This document shows, piece after piece, positions 26,101 to 35,774 of a DNA stretch of 64,000 nucleotides (position 1 is its first letter; the number at the start of each line of letters is the position of its first letter). The notes beneath the pieces were generated by a model. The model searched no databases. It was not told the origin of the DNA and saw only the letters and a program-made list of their open reading frames with translations. The translations under genes were made by a program, and so were the position numbers. The DNA is from Blepharisma stoltei ATCC 30299 (taxonomy: Eukaryota; Protista; Ciliophora), in NCBI GenBank assembly GCA_965603825.1, contig CBFDEM010000023.1:636636-700635 (forward strand), written 5' to 3'.

Positions 26101-28364
26101 ATTATCTATCATCTATTTCATTCCCATCTAGCTCTCTGATAGAAGGCTCCAGCTATATTTTTACTCTTACCATCACAATAGACTCCTCAAATCTGCAATT
26201 CGTTACTCAGCTGCCAGTCACAGTAAACTCAGGGGCTTCCTGCTCTGGGGATTTCATATTAAGCCCAAGCAGCGGCACAGCCTTAGTCACTATGTTCAAT
26301 CTCGGGATTTCTGGCTGCTATGACAAAGATGAGTCAGACTATCCATTAACATATACATATTTCGATGCCTGAAATAGCAAACTTTATGTCCTTGGCTATA
26401 CCTCAGAAACCAATTCTATACAAGCTTATTTGCTTCCTAATAAAAACAGTCTGACTGTCCACGTTTGTGATAGTCTGAAAACGTGTGCGGATTACTCAAC
26501 TGAAATAACTACATCAGAATATTCCAGCAGACTGTTACAAACTTCTTCATTAATGGATGCATATTTGATGAATATAATAGATACTGATAATATTCCATCT
26601 ACTATAGCCATTTTTTGTAGCTCTGCTACAATTGAGGCTTCTTTGTTTTCTCAGATGTGGAGTGACTTACAGAGTTATGTGGAAAATAATGATATTGATG
26701 AAAATTTGCTAGGAAGTGTGCTAGGATCGGTCTATGCGATGGCGGGACAGACTAGTTTAGTGACTATTGAGATGTTCCAGAGTATGTTTGACTGGCTTGA
26801 TGGAATACTTTCTGATAATCCTACAGTAGTGCCTACACAAGAAAATATTAAAATTGTTGTAGCTCTAGTAGATGATTATCTTTTGTATGGGAATTCTACT
26901 AATTATGAGGGAAAAGCTTTAGAAGAGTATATAATAGCTGCTGACAAATTCCTATCAACTTGGACAGTTGCAGCTACTGCTAACGATTTGGTAACTCAGA
27001 GCGCACTAGATGGCTCTCAAAATACAATTCAGACTAAAGTTTTTAAGCATAGAAACTTCCCAAGTGCAATGACTAATAAAACGATTTCTCTAGGAGAAAA
27101 TAGGACTGTCTCATTCCCATCTCATTTTAGCTATCCAGATACAGATATTATGAACATCAAGGTTGACTATTATAACACCTCAAATGATTATTCAGACGTT
27201 GCAGTACTTAGTTTTGCTCAATCTGGAGCTTATAAAAGCTATGCGTTAACAAAATCAGCAGAAGAGTATGTCCCATTTTCAAGCCAGGATTATCCAGTAA
27301 CGTTAGAAATGCCGATTTATGACAGTATTGAGGATGGCTATAACTGGACTTGTGTATTTTATAATGAAACTGATAAAGACTGGGTATATGATGGCTGTAG
27401 CATCAAAGAAATCAAAGAGAAAAGCATCATTTTCGAAGTTTATCATTTCTCTATGTACAAGCTCGGCCAAACCAAAATCGCAATCCCTGACCTCCCAACC
27501 CCTACAGACTCAGAATCATGCCCTCAGAACTATGCTCCTGTCTATATTTTGGCATCTGTGTTTTTCTTTATTCTGATTTTAATTCCTATAATAATCTTTT
27601 TGGACCGGGCTGATCATAAAGAAAAACGCAGCATTAAAGTGGCTCCTGTTAATTCCCCTGCAGATCGCAGTTTAGATAATTCTCAACAAAAGAATGATAA
27701 TCTGCATTTCGGACAAAATACTTTTGTTCAAGATTTAGATGGATCTGTTGAGATAAAGCACGAAGAAATTGTTGAAAGAAGAGATATTATTCTAGAAGAA
27801 CCAAAAATAGACGAGAAAATAGAATTAGAGTCTGAGGACGTGTCTAAAACTGAGCTTGCTCTGCTGTTTGAAGGTCACTTAGTTTTTGGGTTGATATACT
27901 ATAGAAAAAATTATTCAAGAAAAGCTAGACTATTTGTATTGGGAACTGTTATTGTTTTTGAGCTTTTCTTAGAAGGGCTTCTGCTGTATGTTTTTGAAAA
28001 TACTAAGTCAGGATTCTCAGCATCAGCTGAGACTCTGTTTGGAGACTACGAAGGGAAATATTTCGCTTATATCGTTTTGGCGCTTGGGATTACAATACCT
28101 ATTGAAATATTCTTAAGCTTGGTGTTTAGCACTAGAAGAATTAAGACTCTAGGCTTGCTTGTTACCGTTACTTCAATAGAAATTATCATACTCCTTGGAT
28201 CACCTATTGGTATTATAATGCTGAGCAACATATTCTGCTCGGAATGGAGTGGATATTGGGCAATTAGCTTCCTCTACGGAACTCTCTTACAAGTATTTGG
28301 ATTCGAAACAATTTATATGTGTGTGAGGTATTTTATACTTCAAGCAGTTCCTCGAAATAATTAA
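20106..28364 (+). CDS. Giant polycystin-1-like receptor (2752 aa): signal peptide, Cys-rich repeats, REJ/PKD-like beta region, GAIN/GPS, multi-TM C-terminus
   Basis: Two track ORFs join through TGA 26370-26372; REJ-like SKDPDDPNGTLNYKWIC and PSSGTALVTMF..CYDKD..DYPLTYTY; GPS-like WTCVFYNETDKDWVYDGC...YHFSMY; TM1 VYILASVFFFILILIPIIIFL, then about 4 further hydrophobic helices. Confidence 0.82.
20300..22890 (+). repeat. About 18 coding tandem repeats of 46-49 aa (~147 bp): CxKEMTLDxxIxxxKKCCPxGxFYDxxxxxCxxCxxNCxxCxxxxxC
   Basis: The KEMTLD/CC motif recurs 18 times; the central units are spaced 147 nt apart. Confidence 0.9.
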
Positions 28365-28596
28365 GCTAAATACTTTACGAAAAATATCTAAAACAATTAA
28401 ATTCTTAAAGGACCTAATTTTTCCATATCTAAATCTTTAAAATATTAGATTAATGATAATGAGTCTCGATCATATCATAAATTTATTATATTAAAAATTT
28501 TAAATATTATCTTCCTCATAAAATTCAAAAAGATCTAAAGATACTAAATCCAATAAGCACAATATATAAATATTTAGAAGACAAAGCAAAAATAAA

Positions 28597-28812
28597 TTAC
28601 ACTTTTAAATAATTATTAGAACCATAATCTTGACTTTCATTCAAAAGTCTTTGAATTTCGCATTCAGAAAGCAGTCCAGCCTGACAAATTTCATCCTCTT
28701 CTAAAATCGACATTCTCTCGCTCTGCTCTTTTCCCAATATTTTCTTACCTTTATATACCAACCTCCAAAAAGCTCCATAGCAGTCATAATTCAAACTTAA
28801 ACTTCCTCCCAT
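28597..28812 (-). CDS. Small hypothetical protein (71 aa)
   Basis: ATG in typical TATAATAAAC context, coding-like composition, stop TAA. Confidence 0.5.
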   Translation of the reverse strand: MGGSLSLNYDCYGAFWRLVYKGKKILGKEQSERMSILEEDEICQAGLLSECEIQRLLNESQDYGSNNYLKV

Positions 28813-28835
28813 GTTTATTATATAAGCGAATTATA

Positions 28836-29546
28836 TTAATCTTCAAATAAAATGCTTATCCCTCTCCCGAAATAAAACCCTTTATTTTCCGAACTCGCAT
28901 CAGCTATTTTTGCCCATTCTCTCCATATATAATTGCTTTTACTTAAAGCATTCACAAGTACCAATTTTTCCAAACTTTCATAATTGCTGATTTGGCTAAA
29001 GAATTTTTCAAGCTTTGCAAGTCCTGGCCCTAAGGCAGTCGAGCACTCATAATTTGCATGTGATAAATGAGTCAAAGCTTGGCTTAGCTGCTGAATCGCC
29101 AAGTCAAAGTCAAAAGTAGTAACACCTCCAAATGAGTCCAAAGATTCTGTAATTAGAGTTAGGGCAGAAGATACGTCATTAAAACACTCTGTGACCAACT
29201 CGCCTCCTATTTGGCTGCCGAGTCCTTCAAAAAATCCTAATACAAATTCTGCCATTTCGACTCCAGAGCTTTTTAAGGCTGGCTCTTTGATAAGAATTTC
29301 TTTTGTTTGCCCAAGCAATAGGTGGTTTGTGCATTTTTTATGCTTGATATCGCAGACTGGGTAGCCTAATGGACAACAGTGGCCATCTGAATCAGCACAA
29401 CAGACAGCTTGTGAAAGAGGGCAACAACCATAGCCTCCGTCTGAACGAGCACAACAGGTTGTCCCGATCTTGCAAGCGTGGCCATAATCGTCACAAAGGT
29501 AATATTTTTGAGCCTGGGCTAATGCTAGAAATGCAAGCAAAAACAT
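28836..29546 (-). CDS. Secreted granulin-domain protein with helical C-terminal domain (236 aa)
   Basis: Signal MFLLAFLALAQA; granulin Cys pattern C..C....TCC......GCCP...AVCC.D..HCCPLGYPVCD....C. Confidence 0.85.
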   Translation of the reverse strand: MFLLAFLALAQAQKYYLCDDYGHACKIGTTCCARSDGGYGCCPLSQAVCCADSDGHCCPLGYPVCDIKHKKCTNHLLLGQTKEILIKEPALKSSGVEMAEFVLGFFEGLGSQIGGELVTECFNDVSSALTLITESLDSFGGVTTFDFDLAIQQLSQALTHLSHANYECSTALGPGLAKLEKFFSQISNYESLEKLVLVNALSKSNYIWREWAKIADASSENKGFYFGRGISILFED

Positions 29547-30277
29547 TTTTATTGATATGAAAAATAGGAGAAGAATGAGAATTCGCAATGCAAAGAGAGG
29601 AAGAAAGCTATTCATGAAGAGAGCGAAAAATCAGGATTAAAGGAGAATTTTTTAAGCAACAAAGACTTGGTGAAATTATTCATAAATCCAAAATGAACAT
29701 GATGAATGAAAAACAAGAAAATTTTTATTTGATTATTTTTCAAGTATTTTATCTTTGAATGGTAAATTATTGCAAAATTGGATCTGCCAAGTGAAATTTC
29801 CAGGTAAATAAAAATTTTAAAAATTATCTTAATTAATATATGCGCGAAATACTTTAAATTGTATTGTTCTATATTATTAGAGTTATGAAAAATTGATTTG
29901 CAAAGATGAAAAGATTTTGCTTGCTTTTATTAAAGTTCCATTTATATAATAATTTTATTCTAATCACACTTTTGGCTCTGTTGACCAGGATCAGCTCTTT
30001 ATCTATTCCTTAAAGCAGTGCCTACATTGATCCTCTAATCTTTTCATACTAGTTATTCTAGCGTGATTATTCCTTTAGGAACATATATTAACCAGAATAA
30101 TAAACTTTCTTTGCTTAGATCTCTGCATAATCTAAAAACAGAACTAGGTCAAATTTATTATATGCAAGAATTGTTTTTCTTGCTATATTTAGTTAACTAC
30201 TTGGAAACTAGAAAGTTGGACTATTAGGATTTATGTGCTAAATTTACTATAAGCCCATTAATTTTTCCATGAGTTAA

Positions 30278-31516
30278 CTATAAACTTATATTTAATTGCG
30301 TAGTCATTAGTTTCAATAGCAATTTTTGCATTTTTGTGTAATGATATAATACAATTTTCCTTTCTTCTTTTAGATATTTTACTATTTCCCTATAAATTTG
30401 ATCTTCAGTATACTCCTCTTTCTCAAATTCTTTGTCTCACCTTACAAAATCTCTGAAAATCTTCATATAGCTCTTCATACTTTCAATTAAGCTTTTTTTG
30501 CTTTCTTTTCCTTCTGATTCTGAAGGCAAATCTTCAAAAAAATCTTTTAAATTCACAATTTTTTTAACTTCTTCTCCTGATTTTTTTACTCTTATAGCCT
30601 TCAATAAATTAGCATTAATTTCATTTCTTTTGATCTTATATATGCATTTCCCCGCGGTCCACTCCTCCAAGCATGATTTTTCATCTCCAAGTTCATATTG
30701 GAGGTAATCATAAGGATTATTTTCTACAGCAAATCCATAAAACATAAGCAGCATTATATTTTTATCCTTTCTCCCATAACTTCATACAAATTCTTCATTT
30801 TCTGCAAAATTTCTTTCAGCTCTCAATATCAGTTCTCCTCCTAGTCCTACTTTGTAGCCGGACCAAAACTTTTCAACATAGCTTGGGTCGTAATTCGCTA
30901 GATCAAGAATAGGTGCTATTAAAAGCTCTTCAGTATTATTGACATTGTAAAGAAAAGCTCTAGAAAGAATCATCGATATTCCTCATTTTCAATTTTCAAT
31001 TGAGTGCATACATGATGACAAAATTTGATGAGATTGGAGAATTTTGATATAAGATGAATAATCACTAAGAAAAAATGGGTCATTTAAGGGAAATTCAAAG
31101 GAAAATTTATGATTTTTGAGGAAATTTCAATGGGTTTTATTCCAGAATGGAAAATTTGGGAGGAAAGAAGGGAAAGATTTAATGTATCGGGTATGAGTGT
31201 CAGTGTTTATTGAGCAATGATAGTAAATAAGCTTTATTATAAGCTGGGAATCTCGGGATAAACCTTGAAATACATTCGTGCATGGTATATCAGAAAAGGA
31301 AGAAATAGATAAAGACTTGGGGATTTCTATTACTGTTTCTCCTAAATTAAATGATTTTTTTGCATACAATCCGTATCCTTTATCTTGAGTTCAATCTAGT
31401 TCTAAATTTCGTGTATATAGTTTTAATAGGTCTTCATAAAACTCGATTATAGACTCTGATAGAGAGATTATGCTGACTAGTGAGGGTAAAATGAAAAATA
31501 TCGTGATTATCCTCAT
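30278..31516 (-). CDS. SET-domain protein of the Rubisco-LSMT/SETD3-4-like class with hydrophobic N-terminus (412 aa)
   Basis: Single frame through six TGA; GYGLYA..F..GE.VIEIP, W.WG.S...SRAF, PILDLANY, EEFVWSYG, LLMFYGF..ENNPYD; stop TAG 30278-30280. Confidence 0.8.
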
Positions 31517-31784
31517 TTGAAGCAAAATTTAATTTATAAATATGGATTAAAGCTGACTATGAAATATCCAATTTATATTGTCTTTCAAAATAGAGATTGA
31601 TGATAAGAAAAACATTCCAAAAAATATAATAATAGCCACCTAAAACAATATTGATTTTAATTCCCTTTTCCCTAAAGCAAAATAAATATAACTTGCACTT
31701 TAAAAAGTAATTTTCCTAAAAAATTAACTATAGAAAAAAAATCCATTATTTATAATTTACGAGACTTTAATGAAGCAATTCTAT

Positions 31785-33035
31785 TTAGAATACAACACAA
31801 TTCGATTTTTGCAGACACTCAGATTTCTCTATCTCAGCACTAGTGGATCTCATCCTAACCAAATTTTCCTTACAGTAGCTCTTTTGAGCTTTCTTTGCGA
31901 ACAGAAAAGACATTGGCAAAGTTTTGGACTCCGAAAGTCCTTTGCAAGAATGCTTAGGAAGAATTTCTCTATTGAGTAACTTAGGAAGATTAAGCTTTTC
32001 AACAGTTCTTGAGCTTTCTGATGATAGCTCTTCATGGAAAAGAGAACTCAAAGTCCTAAATCTAGTGTCCCCTTCTTTACTTTTTGACTCCTTTTCTATT
32101 GTCCGTGTTTTAATCATTAAAGTCTCTGTTTTTGTCATCTCTCTGAGTGGTAAATTTCAATCAAAAATTGCTTCTGCCATGTTGATTTTTAGCTTGATTG
32201 AGGATAAAAGCCCTTTCATATAGTTGTAATCAGGCTCTGTGTCAAAGTTAAGCCCTCTTACATATTTTAGCAGCTCACAGAATTCAGGTGGGAAGCCTTT
32301 CATAAGCTTTGCTGGAGAAGTTCTAGCTTTTATTTTCCGAATTTTTGTTTGCGAATATTTTTTTTTATTTCGGGAAACTCAAGGCAAGTCTCCATTAAGC
32401 AAAAACGCAATAGAATAGCACATAGACTCCAAGTCATCCCTTCGCCCTTGCTGAATTCCCACATGACAATTAACCGATGCATAATGGTAAGTCCCTACAA
32501 ATGAACGATTTTCAGCATAAGCTGCATGAACCCCTGATTTATTTACATATTTTTTTGCCAGTCCATAGTCTACCAAATAAATAGTATTTTCTACGTCATT
32601 GTAAGAAGTAATAAACTGCTGCGGCTTGATGTCTCTATGTATATAGTGATACTCATGCAAAGTCCTTATCCTTTCCAGCATTTCTTCTGATACTAGTAGC
32701 ACTGTTTTTAAAGAAAACGTTTTATTGAATCTAGCGAATTTCGATCTGATGCTTTCTCCTAATAGCTCCATTGCGAGCAAGCCATAGTCACCGTCTTTGG
32801 AGGAATAGAGGTATTTTGGGACCCCAGTGACGCCTTTGAGCTTCTGGAGGATTTTTACCTCGTTTAGAAGCTGGCTGTGCTTTCCTTTTTTTGTCTCAAT
32901 TTTTACTGCGACTTCTTTGTTGGTTTGTGAATCCACAGCGGAATAAACTCTTCCAAAAGTCCCTTTGCCTACAAGTGCATTAACGCAAAATCGTTCTGCG
33001 AGAAGTGACCCTTTCTGGATGTTTAGTTCTTGCAT
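31785..33035 (-). CDS. Casein kinase 1 family kinase (416 aa)
   Basis: GKGTFG, VAVKIE, MELLGES, HRDIKP, DYGLAK, FVGTYHYASVN, RRDDLES, DLPW(TGA), PDYNY, IFDW(TGA); joins ORF 31785-32138 in frame. Confidence 0.9.
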
Positions 33036-33815
33036 TTTTTTAATTTTTATGCCATCTAAAACAGCTAAAGATCAGGATTTTTATTAGAGTCATAAAATTA
33101 AAAAATTAGAGGATTTTAGGTAGATACTAATATTTGTAATAAAAATAAGTGAAAAATTGCATAGCGCCTGAGACTAATTATGAATTTAATTAAAATCATG
33201 CATAGCATCCATTAGTATATATATTTAAAATAGGCCATTAAAGATGTTTTATCTAGTTTGTAAGACTATCGTTTTGCAAAATTATTTAAAAATATTTTAT
33301 TGGCTATGTGAAGACCTATTGATCAGATTTTTGAAATCTGAGACTCAGAAAAAAGGTCATAATTAATTAAATCATATTGAAATAATCACCTTATTAATTA
33401 GAGCATCTTAATTGATACCGATTTTATTGCTATTTTGATTTTTTCTGTTCCCAGTAATTTTTGTCATTTAATTTGAAATTTAAATTTTTTGATTGAGCTC
33501 AGAATTCCACATTTTTGCACAAAACTGCAAAACTGCCTACTCTTGATATATTTTTATCAATAATAATCTGTAAATAAAAAATACAAATGCTTATTAGTTC
33601 ATTTAAATTAATTTATTGTTTTCAAAAGCTGACCATATTATTTGCATATTTATTAGTTGCTGTTTTTACAGTGTTATTTATAATTGATTCATTTAAATAT
33701 AGTCTTTAATAAGAAATAATATTTTTAAGACTTTTTAAAATAATTAACACTTTATTTCTATTTATAATTTTTATTTCAATTTTATGATTAAATTAAATTT
33801 TACAATTTTATATAC

Positions 33816-34730
33816 ATGGAACAATCCCGCTATATAAGAGTTCGATTTTTAGGGAAAGGTACATATGGAGAAGTACATCTCTACACTGACACCCAAACTG
33901 ACACAAATGTGGCCATAAAAACCATCAAAGTCTTACAAGAAGGAGAAGGCATCCACTTTACAGCTTTGCGCGAAATCATGATTTTACAAGAGCTGATTCA
34001 TCCAAACATCATACGTCTTCATGATGTTTTTTATAAAAATTCGAATATCAATTTAGTATTAGAGCTAGCAGAAAGTGCCTTAAATGATGTAATTCATTTG
34101 ACTAGCGATGAATCAACAACCAAAGGCTTGCTTAAACAATTACTAGAAGGTCTAGCATTTATGCATGAGAATTCAGTGATGCATCGGGATTTAAAACCAG
34201 GAAATTTATTAATTTCAAGGAATGGGCAAATAAAAATCACTGATTTTGGGACAGCAAAAATTGTCTGTGATGTAGAAGCGCCCAGAACTACTGGAGTCTG
34301 CACACTGTGGTATCAGTCTCCTGAGCTGCTATTTGGCACCAAACATTATGGAAAAGCTATGGATATGTGGTCAGTTGGATGTATTTTTGCGGAAATGATT
34401 AATAAAGAACCATTTTTGAAAGGAAATACTTCTATAGACCAAATCAACAAAATTTTTAATACACTAGGAACCCCAGGAGAAGAAGACTGGAAAGGAATGA
34501 ATATTCTTCCCAATTATTGACCATCCCCCGCATCCCCACGAATTTCCTTTGTAAGAGCCTTCCCTACAGCTAGCAATGAGGCGAGAGATCTACTAGAAAA
34601 AATGCTTATGTATGACCCTAGACAAAGAATTTCTGCATCCCAAGCGCTTCAGCATCCATATTTTTCCACAGGAGAGCCTCATGCATCCTGTGGAGATATA
34701 GCAAGAATTTTAAGCAATTATATAAGATAA
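33816..34730 (+). CDS. CDK7: Cyclin-dependent kinase, CDK7/CDKD (CAK)-like (304 aa)
   Basis: EGIHFTALREI cyclin helix, HRDLKPGN, DFG, DMWSVGCIFAE; reads through TGA 34518 to ...ALQHPYF; stop TAA 34728-34730. Confidence 0.8.
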
Positions 34731-34745
34731 TTTTACTAATAAATA

Positions 34746-35741
34746 CTACGGCGAAACTTGCCCATTGCTTCTCTTCTGGAAAAATTTCAGCAGATTTGGC
34801 CCTTTCAGCAGCGAAATGCTTGCATCTCTCTTTATATAAGCTTCTCCTTTATTCGAAAAATAAATTTCATTTTTATCTCCTTTTTTTACCTTAATCTCAA
34901 TCACATACAAGTCATTGATCCTCTGCCCATCTTTTCCATGGACATTAGCAAAATTAATCTGATAGTCATCAGCACTTAAATGTGGGGTAAATGCATTAAG
35001 CACTGAATCAATAATTGTGCTAAACTGATCCCTTAATTTTCTAGTCAGCGTAACCCCATTTACCAGTCCATCATCTCTAATCCCATAAAATAAAGTCCCG
35101 CCTTGTGTATTTAGAAAGGCACATATATAAGGGGTAATTAAATCAACCGCTAGGTTTGGGTTAAAGACTTTGCCTGAGCAGGCTTTAAATTCTGTATGTC
35201 TGTCTTCGAATTTTTTTACCTCTTCTTTGAGAACATAATACCCACGCTCACTGGGGAGTCTTTTTAGATCAGGCATTCTAACTTCTACAGGCACCGAAGT
35301 TTCTTTTTTAGCGATAGGTTTAGCCTGAAGAGGCGTTTCGCTTTCGCTTTCAGACTCGTAGCCTTCGTTGTCGTGGTTGTGCTTGGTCATATTTTCTCGT
35401 AATAGCTGAAATTGGTAGCGCTCTTCTGGAGAATGAAAATAAGGGCACGATATAAATGTGCAGGAAATGCCAAGTTTGCGGTTTACGCACTCTCTGGTTT
35501 TAAAATTCTGAGGATGATAGATATACTCGTTAAAATTTCTGCAGAACTTACAGGTTTCATGCAAACAATGGTCGGACGTGATCGAGTCTAAACAAAGAAT
35601 GGGCTCATATGATAAGTTTAAAGTCCGCCGACGGTCTGTTTCGTCGTGAAAAAATGTGCAGTACTCCTTTTGGCTGCATTCCTGGTTCTTTAGGATGCTG
35701 TTACATTGTTTTGTCTTGTAAACTTTCCAAACACTTTCCAT
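34746..35741 (-). CDS. Unkempt-type CCCH zinc finger + Schlafen/AlbA_2 domain fusion (331 aa)
   Basis: YKTKQC...C....C.FFH and YHP.NFKTREC...C....CPYFH fingers; EDRHTEFK and ICAFLNTQGGTLFYGIRDDG.V.G; AYIKRDAS. Confidence 0.85.
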   Translation of the reverse strand: MESVWKVYKTKQCNSILKNQECSQKEYCTFFHDETDRRRTLNLSYEPILCLDSITSDHCLHETCKFCRNFNEYIYHPQNFKTRECVNRKLGISCTFISCPYFHSPEERYQFQLLRENMTKHNHDNEGYESESESETPLQAKPIAKKETSVPVEVRMPDLKRLPSERGYYVLKEEVKKFEDRHTEFKACSGKVFNPNLAVDLITPYICAFLNTQGGTLFYGIRDDGLVNGVTLTRKLRDQFSTIIDSVLNAFTPHLSADDYQINFANVHGKDGQRINDLYVIEIKVKKGDKNEIYFSNKGEAYIKRDASISLLKGPNLLKFFQKRSNGQVSP

Positions 35742-35774
35742 TAAAAGTATCTTATATGCTAATTTTACAATAAT

